Source: the human T2T-CHM13v2.0 reference genome, Homo sapiens
Direction: 5' to 3' (one strand)
DNA length: 64,000 nucleotides
NCBI RefSeq assembly: GCF_009914755.1
Contig: NC_060932.1
Part shown: in pieces, positions 12,440 to 24,813 of the stretch
How the letters are laid out: every line of letters begins with the position of its first letter
Position numbering within the stretch: the first letter of the stretch is position 1
The notes under the pieces: generated by a model
What the model was told of the DNA's origin: nothing
Seen by the model: only the letters and a program-made list of their open reading frames with translations
The model's database searches: none
Made by a program: the position numbers and the translations under genes

Positions 12440-13820
12440 AATGCAAATTTTTTTTTAATGTTACCATATGGATTGTGGAAAGATATTTTAGAAGACTAAC
12501 CCACAATGACTTAAATAGAGATTTTTCAGGAATGCTACAAGGGTTTAGAGTCAGCAAATCACTTAATTATTTGTATCAATAAGACATTTGATCAAAGTCA
12601 TTATCTATTCTTGAAAAAAATCTAGTAAACTGAAAATGGAAGGTTATTTTGCTGACATGAGGAAATATCTTACTTCTGAGCTATGAGATGGGATCCAATT
12701 AATGTCATTGACAAGATAAGGACCTATATTATCATTACAGTAATTCAATATTATCCTTTTGAAAAATATAGTCAGAATAATTAGAACCAGAAATAAGAGT
12801 TCTGGCTTTTGCAAAAGCAAAGAAAAATATATCATTGTTTTCAATAATATGACTGTCTACCTCCAGTAACACAGGTAACATTTACTGAATCGTCAACAGG
12901 CCCATGCACTGGTTAACACTTAATAAGTTCCCAGCCGAATCTCCACAGTAACCTTATGAGATAGGTGCTATGATTAAACACTTAATGAACAGATAAGGAA
13001 AGTTAAGAACAGAGAGGATAATTTTGCTCAGAATAATACAATAGTAAGCACAGAGTCAGGTAAGTTGGCTTTAAGATCCATTTCTGAATGGGTACTTCCA
13101 AGCAAATCAACTGAAAATTGAACAAAACAAACAGCAACTCAACCAAGCCAAACCAAGCATTATAACTAGTAAGACAAGGCTGTGAAGTGGCTGGATATAA
13201 AAATAAATACTCCCAATGCAAAACATTTCCTAAATGTAAACACTTAGGAAAGATAAAATTTTAAAAATTTCTATTTTTATTAACAAACCAACAACAACAA
13301 TAACTCCAGCAACCATATGATGAGGGAATAAAAGTCCCGACATTAAGTCGTCAGGTCTAGAGGAAGACAGACAAAGGAAAACTATGCTTCAAGAAAAAAA
13401 GACTAACTGTGAAGATTTTGTGAATGTCCCAGTTAATTTTAGGCTTCATATAATTCCTAACAAAACCCAAAGATTTTGGTGAAGACATGGGGAAACTATT
13501 CTAAAATACAACTGAATATATCAAAAGTTCAGAAAAACAGAGTAATAAGAGGGGCCTTGCCCTAAAATAAAATGGCAGTTATTAAGTATCTTTAATAACA
13601 AAAACAATAAGGTCAAAAATGGTTATCTATGTAACAGGAATTATTGAGTAGAGGCAATAAAGTAGAATACATGGAAACAGGTCTTAAGAATATAAAATTT
13701 AGTTTATGGTGAAGGTAGCAGCACTAATGGGTGAAGGAATAAGAATGATCCAATAAATGTTTTCCAATATAATTAGCAAAAGTAGGCGTTTTCTCTAATC
13801 CAAATACCAAAAAACACTAA
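12440..13820 (+). mobile_element. Ancient L1M ORF2 remnants, with a MIR inserted at ~12870-13090
   Basis: A-rich degenerate ORF2-like text (aatatgactgtctacc; aagtggctggatataaaaataaata; gagggccttgcccta); MIR core aaccttatgagataggtgcta in the middle. Confidence 0.6.
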
Positions 13821-13849
13821 GAGTCCTAATAGAGGTTATGATGTTTGAG

Positions 13850-14500
13850 AGAAGTCTTAAAATATGAGCAGGATTATATCAGATGAACTAGCAAGGTAAT
13901 ATTCACAATAGGCGGGAAAAAATATGCAACGCATGCTGTGATAGAAAAACAACAACAACCATATTCAGACATTCGCAAGAAATTGGTTAGATGGTGTGAC
14001 AGGGAATGTCAAGAAAGAAGACCATAAAGGTAAATTGGACCTAGTTATGAACTTTAGATTCTATCTCACAAGGGATGGAGAACCAACCGCTGAATAATTT
14101 TAAGCAGATGAGTAGCATGTTCTGCTTAGTGTTTTAGGAAGATCACTTAGCTGGCAATGTGGAAGAGAAGTGGGAGAAATGAGAAATTGAATATATTTAG
14201 GAGGCTGATATAATGGAATTATGCAACAGGGCAAGAAGAATGTGGGGAAAACGAGGGGAAGGAATGGAGTCGAGAGCTGCTTAGGTGGTAGAAAGAAGTA
14301 GACTAATGGCAAACTGGTAAAAGTGGAGTGTGAGAAAAAAGGTGAGGGTGAGGTGTGAGAAGAGGTCAGTGTGATAGTGAAGAGGAGGGGAAAGTCTTGA
14401 TTTCTGCCTGGGGGGCCGTAGGGTCACTACTGGAGATGAATTCGGGGAGCAGAAGGGATAATGGTTAGGATATGTTTTATGGGTCACGTAGCTGAAGGAG
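13850..14500 (-). mobile_element. L2 LINE
   Basis: gaactttagattctatctcac...aataattttaagcag...ttttaggaagatcact...ggaggctgata. Confidence 0.6.
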
Positions 14501-15394
14501 CTGAGCTATGACCTTGGCTCGGGGAAGGGAGGAGTGTAAAAGCTCATACTCCCAGGGTTTGATTTGTCCAATGACTACTTTAAAAGAAAAGTTTAAGTGT
14601 TTTTTTTCCACCCCCTCCCCAACTTTCGGGTTGAGATATAGGGTCTCTTCTATAAGTAGTTTCTTCAAATTGAAAGATAACTTATTTCCCATGACATCCC
14701 AGTTTCTGTTTGTTTTTCCTTCTGCAAGGGCAATCCACATTCTTTATTTTCCTTGTGTCTGAAATATTTCTAATAAATTAGCTAACTTATCCCTGAAGTC
14801 ATATCCTTCACTTTAATAAGAATAAAATGAGGCCACTCTATGTATTATTAAACTTCATTTCAGGCTGAAATTGAATTATAAACTAGCCATAGTTCCTCTC
14901 ATGTATCACAAGTTATTGCCCTATGATTCATGCTTCTGAATGGTTTTCAATCTTTTAGAGGCAGTAGGGAAACTGTCTTAAAATAGCCTGAATATAGCGC
15001 AATGAATATTTTTGAGAAGTCTGTAATTTTGGAAACTTTTATAGAAACATTTTTACTAACAACGACCCTGGAAAAGGGAATCTGCGGTAGGCTTTTAACG
15101 TGTGAGTTACTGTTGTTTCCTTGCTTATTTTTTTTTCCTGAATTACTGGTATTTTAAAAGACTACATTTGTCCCCAGATAAGCCATCGTGATTAAATGGG
15201 ACCCTTTTATCCAAACCCTAAGATCTCAGTGGTGCACTGTGGCATAAGCTCTCTTGGCATCATTCTGTCCTGAAGGATTACATTTACATGTTCAACTTGC
15301 CTCCTCTCCGCTGAAGAGTTCCTATCTTCTCCCCTTCTGAGTCACTCTGTCACAAATTACTCACCACCTCACAGAGTGAGGTGTTAGGAAGAAT

Positions 15395-15580
15395 AAAGTC
15401 CCTAAAGCCAGATAGACCCGGTTAGAATACTGGCTCTGCCAATTCCTTAGTTCTGTGACTTGGGGCAAGATCCTGAGGTCCCCAAGCTTCTGATTTCTCA
15501 TTAGTAAAGCAGGAAAAACAGGAGTTCCTTCAACACTGGCCACTGTGTGGCTCAGTTTGTGATCCTGGAGAAGTACTAGC
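15395..15580 (+). mobile_element. MIR SINE
   Basis: agccagatagacccggttagaatactggctctgcca...ctgtgacttggggcaag...tttctcatt. Confidence 0.75.
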
Positions 15581-15706
15581 ACAGCATCTAGCCCAGAGTG
15601 ATTGTGAAATTCTGCACACATCTGCACATATGCATGGGATCATTGAGCCCAAGATCAAGTGCTGCTGCAGACCAGCTGTGCAGATTTGGGCAAGACATCC
15701 ACCCTC

Positions 15707-17732
15707 TCTGAAGAGATCACCAGTTGTTTTCCTCAGTTCAGTTCCTTTCACTTTAAGTTAATAATAATTAACAATTGGCAGTTCTACGAACCAGACACTG
15801 CTGTAAGCACTTCACATATGTGAATTCTTCAAATATAGTCAATGAAAATTTCTTCCTAATTCTGGCAATAATGGACTTATCACTTTTGGTTTTCAGCATG
15901 TTTATGAGTTAGGAAATTTTGGCTTTTTCTCATGTCGTTGGTGGTATTTTAATGAGAAGTAGAAGGACTCTGGACAGGGGCTGCTGGAAAGAAACTATGT
16001 TAATCTTTCTGTTCCTTAAGGACAATTTACACATCTGTCCTCCAATTCTGTTTGCTTACATTTACAATAAATTAGTAACAAGAGGACAATCTCTTTTTTC
16101 AGTTCCCAAATTATTTAGTGGTATCTTTTTGCTATCATGCCCTACCAAAGCAATTGATATGAAATGGTTTATGTGGAGCACCCAGCAAACTCTCTGACCT
16201 ATTGTAACTGTTTAATAAAGGTTTATGGAATAAACAAATCACTTTAATCTACCAGGCTTGTTGTGTTAAAAATAGTTGTAAGGTGACTCTGACCCCATTT
16301 GTTTATAGTGAACCTCTACTACTCCCCAGTGGTCACCTATATTTTTCTTAAAACATGCCTAAAAACCATCAATTTTCATGCAGAATTTTTCAAGGAATCC
16401 ATTCCAAGATTTATTTGGATATAGTTTTGCAAATTCACTTTTAACTCTTTTTAAAAACAAAGACCACTAGCTCACATACTACTTTTAGGATTCCAAATGT
16501 TCTAGTGGGTAGAGTGATGAGTTTGACTTAAACATATTTAAGATGTTCAGCTGTGAAGGCGTCCAGTCACCTGTGGTGCTACCTGTGGTGTCCAGTCCCA
16601 CGTTGAGAAGCATCTGTGCTCTTTGATGGCTCATTTTACAGGGAGGGCAGCATCATCTCGGTCAGTCACAGAAGTGGAAGACCAGCCCAGGCAGTGGAAC
16701 TCGTCCTCTGCTGCCCACCCCACCTCTCCTCTTGTAGGTCATCCTTCCCAGGTCCTCCCTCTGGTGACCCCCGTGAAGTGCTTTGCCCCGAACTCCTGCC
16801 CTCCTTGTGGAGATTGGAGTGAGAGGAGCTTTAAGGAGCCATGGTCAATAGATTCATGCTCAGAGAGAGTGATATCTGCAATGGAAAGGGGAGCTGGGGG
16901 AACTTTATATTAAATGGAGACGGGCCTGAGGTTGCACAGCTATTCACACAGATCAGTGGCTAATAAATACAATGGGCAGCTACCAAGCAGTAAAACAGCA
17001 GTGAAAGCATCCTGGGTCTGCACAGCCAGTCCCAGTAAAGCAGCATCCACCCAGGCATCTGAGCAGGGCTCATTCCCACTCAGCTGGTCAGTGTCCTCCC
17101 TTGAATATGGGGTACATGGAGATTTATTAAATTGCTTTGAACTCAGTCACATTCTGAGGCCAGTAGATCTATGGGTATGGTAACCTATTTATGAGGGAGT
17201 CTGGCTTTCCTATTAAAGGTCATGATATAAAGTCTCTTTTCCTTATGCTATAATTGGATTGAAGTGGAAAAGAAAATTGATTTAATACATAAAGTAATTA
17301 ATAGTACAGGTTGTGCCTAAACAAAGCAAAGATGGTGATGGGGTATCTGACCAACTGACATTTGGGAAAGTCTCAAAGATGTCTAGGGCCCTTCCAAGTT
17401 TAGTATTTCGCAGCTCAGAGTTGTCTCTGAAACAGCTGGGATTCAAACTCTCACAGAGGGGATCTGTTTGTAAGACTTTGTGATTAAAGGGATGGGAATT
17501 TGTACTGTCTTTGTCAGCTTCTTCAGCCCAGCTCTGTGTTTGCAAAGGGCTTGTCATGCAGTTACTAGTTCATTCTTTTAGCTGTCATGTGGTGAGGGGA
17601 TTTCTTGTGTGTAGTCCTTGCTATTTGGTGTTGCAGCTCACCTGTCAGCGATGCTGGGAGGTGCCTCATTTTCTGGGGCACACTCATGGATGTAGTTTAG
17701 TGTGTTTGGGGTGCCGGTCCTGAAAAGGAGTT
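15707..17732 (-). repeat. Inverted duplication, arm B (empty Alu site at 16274-16283)
   Basis: Reverse complement of 8541-10787 minus the Alu; carries an extra 24 bp at 16951-16974. Confidence 0.97.
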
Positions 17733-19940
17733 ACCATCATACCAAAATGCTAAAAGGAAGGGAACGGATGTGATGTGTTCACTCACTGAACAATTTGCTG
17801 AGTGCCAACTCTATGGGAAACACTGCGTTAGGCACTATGGGAGCATCAGTCGACCCTGAATCCATTTTCCTCAGGAATTTTTACCTCTAAAGATGTCTAG
17901 ATCCCATGACCTTGGAGAAGTACCTTGAATTGGCTAGAGACCAACTGGAATGTTAGTGCAGGAAGCTGCCCAAGGTTGGAGACTTAAAAAGTACTGAATT
18001 CTGAAGACTAAGGGGGAAGGTTTCAGGAAGACTGTGCTAGAGCAGGGTAGAACTATAACCCCAAAAATGTTGGCTCCAGAGAATTTAAAAAGTGGGATAA
18101 AGCAAGGCAATACAGAACTTGGGAAAAGTAAGTGAAAGGGCATGTCTGGGGGAAAGGAGGGCATGTTAAGGGAGTGATCTCATTTCTCCATGGATCCCAG
18201 TGTTAGGAAATATACAAACAACAATCACTTCTGTGCATCAAATTGCACAGATAAAATATTTTGGGGGCAAACTGAGGCTCAGAGAGATTGAGTAGCTTGT
18301 TTAAGCTCAGATCACTCATCTGACCCAATGGGAATTTGACCCTAGGTTTGTCTAATTTTTTGTATTCCCACAGTGATGCCTGTTTGTCAACAGGCTCACT
18401 TCACCCTCTATAGGACTCTCTGAAGGCAAGGTCTGTGGGCTTATTCTTCTTGTCTTCCAGCACTGGCAGGCTCAATACTTATTTGTTAAGTGAAGTGAAA
18501 TAATAAATCAACACGCAGGCGCCTTTAGAACAAGCCTATGATCAGAACAGAGACCAAAGGCAGATTTCTCAATTATCTGAGACAGGCTGCCCAAGACTCT
18601 GCAGACCCCGAGGTTGGGCTGACCCTCGTCCGATGGCCCCGGGAATAAAAGAGTCATCGAGCTGCCACGACGAAGCAGCCGCACTGCCAGATGATGTGAT
18701 GGATGATGGCCACAAGTCCCTCTGGACTCTTGCATGCTCCCCCGCCCATCTATAATCCTTGGATCACTGACGCAGCATGATGTAATGGGCTTTCCATCGC
18801 TCTAATAGTCTGGCCTGTCAGTGTGGATTTATCTCAACATGTACAGGGACATGGGGCCTGAAGCCTATTCAGGACTATATGATGGAAGAGCTTTAACAAA
18901 ATGAAGTGTCTACTATGGCAGACCTCAATCTAACCTTCTCAGCTCCCCAGATGAACTCCCTCCCAATCCCCACAGCACCTATGGTGGCTAGCCTTGGACA
19001 AACTTAGCTCCCTTCTTGAACTACCTGGTGAATGAATGAATGAAATAAAAAATGAATAAATGCTAGATATGAATTCCAATAAACCCATAGATTTTATTTC
19101 CAATAAATAGATGGTACACACATCTGTCAATTTGGAAAGTAGTTCTTTGGGAAACTGGTATGTGGTTGGATTTGTACAGTTCCCAGTTTCTAGAGGATTT
19201 TCATGTATTTTAACCAGTAATTAAGACTGTGGGCTCTGGAGGCCAAATGTGAAGACTAGAATATCAGGCTTATAATTTACCAGATATGTGACCTTGCACA
19301 AGCTACTAAACTCTCAGACCTCAGTTTATCCATCTGTGAAATGGGGTTGACACAAGAAATAACAGAGATAACACAGATAAACAGCATGATCTTCACCTTC
19401 TTATCTGAATTCTGGCCTTCTATGGAGATGGTCTTTCTTGCCTGTTTTGCCGATGAAGCAACTGAAGCTCAGGGGGATTATGTTATTTGCCAAAGGTCAC
19501 AGTGTCACCAAAACCCAGGACAGCTAGCTCACCACAGTCCATCAGCCAGAGCCACTTCCAATCTGAAATGTTCCCAAATTCTTTGTAATTCAGGTAATTC
19601 TTCCTGTCCCTATTACCCCATTCAATTCTGAGGGCTATAAACAGCTCCCACTCTACTCAGAGGAGAAGCTGGAACTTGATCTCCTGGAAGGAAATCTAAT
19701 ACATACTGACAGCCCCACTTGCTCAGAGCCAGAGCCCCTGAAATTACATTTAACACCAAGCAGAAAAGGGAAGGAAGGGCAGGCTTAACGAATCCAAGGC
19801 TGCTGTTATTTATAACAGAAGAGAAAACAAATGAATGCTGGTGCCTGATCATGTTTGCCACTTCTCAGCACCTCTGTCCAACCAGCAGAAGCCCTCTATT
19901 CACGTGCAACAGTGAGAACTTCCTTTTCACCCACAGTCCT

Positions 19941-20135
19941 TAGGGTTTTTCAGCTCTAGCTGCCCACTGGAATCACCTGGGTGCCTTTAAAAAACACATA
20001 AGTATGCAGAGGTACATGAAAACTACCCATAGAGAGTTCATATTCAAATGGTCTAAGACAGGACCTGGTCTTCATTGCTTTCTGAAAGCTCCCAGGTGAT
20101 TTGAATGCACAGCCCAGGCTGAGACCACAGCTGTA
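19941..20135. mobile_element. MER5A-like DNA transposon
   Basis: gaatcacctggg...aagctcccaggtgattt...cagcccaggctgagaccac; near-palindromic element. Confidence 0.75.
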
Positions 20136-22320
20136 GGTTGTGGTTATTGAGTAGTTGATTGGTTTGGAACATAGAGTCATCTCATGTTGTAGAAATTCCA
20201 TTTCAGATGAATTCAGTCACAGAAACTCATGATGCCCAATCATAAGGTGTTGTTTCCCAAACCAATCCCTCACCCACTTCCAGTTCTTGCCAGGTTCTTA
20301 GTGCCCTACTAAAATCTGGATAAAGCCCTCCATTTTGCCTGCATAAAACCTAGCCTTGGCACAGCCATCTCACCCTGCTAAAACTAGGCCATGACACAAC
20401 CATATTGTAGAAGCCCTTGGTGGATCACGAACACTATTTTCTCCTCCAACCTCCAACCTGACACGGAATACATACCTGAAACACGCTTCCTCCCTCTGCT
20501 TCCTCATTGAGGTCCTCCATGCCTGTGCCACCATGGCCCTCCTGCTTCTGTTTGCTCTCCCTTCCCACACAGACACACAAGGATGCTTCTCAGAAGTAGC
20601 CAAGCATACTGGGTCATTTCCTGGTTGGCTCTGAGTCATACGGGATAAAATGCAAACTTCTCAGCAAAGCACTTCACATTTTCACCTAGTTTCCTAACCA
20701 CATTTTTCTGGGGTTACTCCATGTGATTTACACCCTAGCCAAACTCATCTATGTTGCATTTCCAGAACACACCATTCACTACCACACCCCTGTGCTTTGG
20801 CCCAGGCTGTTCTTTTCACCAAATATGCCCTCTACACCAGTGCACCTGGTGAAATCTGACTTGTTCTTTAAGATCTCTGACACCTCAGGGCCCACCTCCC
20901 CACCTGTACTGGCCGGGCCCTGGGCAGAGTCTCTTCCAGCATTACTGTTCACAGTCCCCCCTACTGCCCAATGGAGGAGGAGGTGCTATTTTTATGCCCA
21001 CATGAGAAGTGTTTTTTTAAAGCACATTTTCTTGAAAATGACTTGGATGTGGCCTGAGGACAAGGTGTGGCAGAAGAAGGAGAGCGGAGAAAAGAAGTGA
21101 AAGAAGAGGGGCGGAGAGAGATAAGACGGTTAAGTCATATGACGGGTAGTGGGAGCAAGGGGCTAACAAAGAGACTTTAGCTTGCAATTCTTCGGTGGCA
21201 TCTTCAACGAATAACAGAGAGGCCAATTAACCAGTTTGAATTGTTTGCTGTTTAGTGCTTGCTTTGCTTCTCTCATCTCTGCTAATTCCCTAAACTCTCA
21301 GCAAAGGTGACTCTATATGCAAATGCCCCAGAGAGTCATTTGGAAAGAAATCAATGCAAGGGGCTTGGAGGACATCCCTGCTGGCTCAGAGCAGAGTGAT
21401 GAACAGGAACAGCAGGTGAGGCAGAACTGAGATGCAGAATTTACTGGGGCAGGAAACTCAGAGCCCAGTGACATGGAGAAGCCCATCTCCTCTCCACCCC
21501 ACACCTCCTGAGCTGTAAGGACATGGGCAGAATTGAAAAATAGCCCTCTGGTATTCCCCGCATGTGTGCATATGTGGAATAGAGGGAGGTAGGTCCTACC
21601 TTTTATTTAAATCTCAAAGATAGAGTGACCCCAACAGGTACTTGGCTGATCTGCCAGAGCATGAGTACCACACAAGCCAGGCTTTCAGACAGGCGAAACT
21701 GGGCAGGCAGACGAATGTGCCTCTATACTCACTTGCTCAGCTCAAATATGTTTGCATGGGAATCTTGGGGCAGAAAGCTTTGTCCTCATCCCTCAGATGT
21801 CGGCTCAAGACTATACAGGCTTTTAAGCCTCCAAATAACCAAGGAAAAACAATCAAGTCATGAAGGCCTTTGAACACAGTTGGTGATGACCCATCTGAGA
21901 ATAGAGAGCTCCAAAATAATTACATTTCCCCATGCAGCCCACAGAAAAGTGCCAAGTGCACCACTTGCAAGGTTACTGCGTTGGTGCTGAGTCGAGCAGT
22001 TTGGGCCCTTTGTTTCAGAGAGCAGTGCTTATGTCTGCAAGATACCAAGTACTCCCAGCAGTGATCCAGCTGGACGTGCTTCCCTGCCCATCACGGATCC
22101 GGGAAGCTTCCTCCACCCCAAGGAAGCAGGGAAGGCAGTTCACATTTTTAGGAGACCCTATGCCAAGCACTGAGGCCCGCACTCTTTATTAACAGCTCAG
22201 TGCCCTCTGTCTTCTTCCTCCAAGGCCAAATCTTGATTATGATCACTTAAAGATGAGCAGAGGATGAGGAAGAGATCTCCTGACCTCAGGATAGGGGACT
22301 TTAGCCCCATGGGTCCAATC

Positions 22321-22541
22321 CAAGGGGCTTGCAGGCCAGATCCAACCAATCCAGCCTGCCACCTGCATTTGCAAAGTTTTACTGGAAGACGGCCATGCCA
22401 TTCATTTACACATTTTCTGTGGCTGAGTTCATGCCACAACGGCAGCACTGTGTAGCTGTGATACAGGTTATATGCGGCCCACAAAGCCCAAAATATTTAC
22501 TTATTCTTTGGTCGCTTACAGAAAAAGTTTACTGACCTTTG
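22321..22541 (+). mobile_element. MER58A DNA transposon
   Basis: aaagttttactggaagacggccatgcc...ggcccacaaagcccaaaatatttac...tacagaaaaagtttactgacc. Confidence 0.85.
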
Positions 22542-22544
22542 ACA

Positions 22545-23470
22545 TGACTTGACATGTCCCAAATTGTATTGTTTTCCCCCAAAACCTGCTCCTAGCCTGT
22601 TTTAGAAAATGGCCGTAGGTGCTAAAACCACGATTGGGCTTATTGCTCGTTTCCATCCTCTCTCTGACTTCCCATTTCCATTAAATTAATGTGTCAACTG
22701 ATTCTGTACCAAAATCTGTATTTCTACTATCTGTCACCTTTTTTCATAGCCCTGCTGTAGTGGAGTTGAGTTCTGTCCCCATTCTCAGGTAAGCCATCAA
22801 GACAACTGTGGGTCTCGGCCTTGCGCACCTCAATTCCACTGCCCCTCTCCTGCAGAAGTAGTCTTAAAAAAAACATATCTGATTTTGTCATTTCCTCCTT
22901 ACGATACTTAATATGCTTTCATCACCTACAAAAGGAAGCACGCGTTCTGACCTTGGCAATCAAGACCCTCCAGTCTGACCCTTGACGATCTCTTCAGCCT
23001 CCTCTCCCATGGCTACTTCTACATCAGCAGTGTAGGGTTCAGAAATTCCACACTGCTTACGGTTTCTCTGAAGCCATCATACTGTTTCATCCCTCCATAT
23101 CTTAGTTCTTCATGCTGTTCCCTCAGTCTGTAATTCCCTCTGGATAATTTCAATCTGAAATATCCTTCAAGCCATTCAATACCATGTTCAAATGTCAACT
23201 CAATCCCAGGAAGACTTCCCTGATGTCCTGTCCCGTCAGCATGGTCAGTTCACCTATTCTCCTCCTTTAGCTTATACATGCTTCAGTTTTTGTGCCTTTA
23301 CTTCATTCTAATGTCCTTCCTTGGATCCTCTCTTCTCAGCAAAACTATAGAATTATTGAGACCAGGGACCCTATTTATATGCCTCTGCATCCCTAATCTC
23401 TAAGCACAACATCTAAAACTCAGTAGATATTTGTTAATTGAATTAAGTGAAGAAATGTGTGAATAAACAA
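22545..23470 (+). mobile_element. L2 LINE including the 3' end
   Basis: Pyrimidine-rich L2 body ending ctcagtagatatttgttaattgaat. Confidence 0.7.
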
Positions 23471-24430
23471 ATGGGCGAATGCAGACACAGTCATTATCCC
23501 CACATTGCCATCTAAGAAAACTCTTTCCACTCTCACCCTTTCTTTACCCCAGTAACTTGTCTCTAAAAAAGAACCAGAAGAAAAGGGGAGTGGACACAGT
23601 TTAATATGAGGACTAAGGCTAATGACCAAGCAGAATTTCCTTTTCCATTAAGCAACCATTTGTTGAGCACATACTATGTGCCAAGCATGTACCAAATTAT
23701 TTACATATAATTATCTGAAACCATCGCATGGAGAGGGGTAAGGACAATGAGTAGATCAGCCCCATTTTTATAGGCTAAGGCTAGATAGTGACTTCCCAGG
23801 GTCTCCCAGTGAGCTAGTGATGGCTCCAAAGGTAGGACCCAGCTCTGCTGGCTCCAGAGCCCGGCGGTTGCCATCATAATGTGCTGCCTTCCTGAGCTTT
23901 CCTGCAACTCAGCTCCACTGAGTTCTACTTGTTATTTAATTTTGTGTGAAGCAAAGTTAGAGGCTCGCCAGCCTGAAAACAACCCAGAATAATTTTGTAT
24001 TCGCTGTCCTAGTTAGTTTTTTTTTTTTTTCTTTTTAAGAAAAAATAAATCAGGGCAGCTTGTTCCCTGGCCTCATTCCCACTGTTTCTAGGATTGCCAC
24101 ACAACACAGCTTGGTAGGAGCCCTGGAGTGGGCAGAGCTGACGCCCACATGGTGATAGGCTGGCTTTCTCGAGCCTTGTCCTGGGGTCCTGGCGGTGTGG
24201 ATGGGGAAAGACAGTTAGTCAGTCAATAAAAGGAAAGAAAACCACCTAATCATGAGAGCTGCAGATGGACTTCATAAAATGTTGGACTCACGGGATGCAG
24301 GAGAGAGAAGTGTGTTGGGGGTCAAGAGAGCTGGGTTCCGTCCAGGGTCTAATATAGGCTTGGGGCATTTGTCAAGACCTTTCCATTTCTGAGCCTTGAT
24401 CCACACCTGAGAAAAGAGACGACTGGCTGG

Positions 24431-24813
24431 TGTCATGGGCTGAACTTTGTCTCTCTAAAATTAATACGTTGAAGTCCTAACCCCTAGGACCTCAGAATGT
24501 GACTGTATCTGGAGATAGGGTTTCTAAAGACGTCATTAAGTTAAAATGAGTTCATTAGGGTGACCTGCTCCAATATGACTGGTGGTCTTATAAGAAGATA
24601 TTTGAACACAGACATAAACAGAGGAAAGAAAATGTGAAGACACAGGGAGAAGACAGCCATCTACAAGGCAAGGACAGAGGTCCCAGAAAAACCACCCTGT
24701 TGACACCTTGATCTTGGACTTCTAGCCTTCAGAACTGCGGGAAAATACATTCCCGTTGTTGAAATCACCCAGTCTGTAGTACTTTGTTTTGACAGCCCTA
24801 GTGAACTAATGCA
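24431..24813 (+). mobile_element. MLT1B MaLR solo LTR
   Basis: tgtcatgggctgaac...gaagacacagggagaagacagccatctacaag...cagccctagtgaactaatgca; TSD gctgg on both sides. Confidence 0.92.

Noticed and set aside
9098-17183. Paralogous ORFs in the two arms (9098-9632 minus; 16616-17183 plus) sharing ...PSSKTAVKASWVCTAS...LNCFELSHILRPVDL
   Set aside because: The similarity follows from the DNA duplication. Starts, stops and frames differ between arms, 5 of 7 substitutions in the best block change the amino acid, and there is no recognisable domain.
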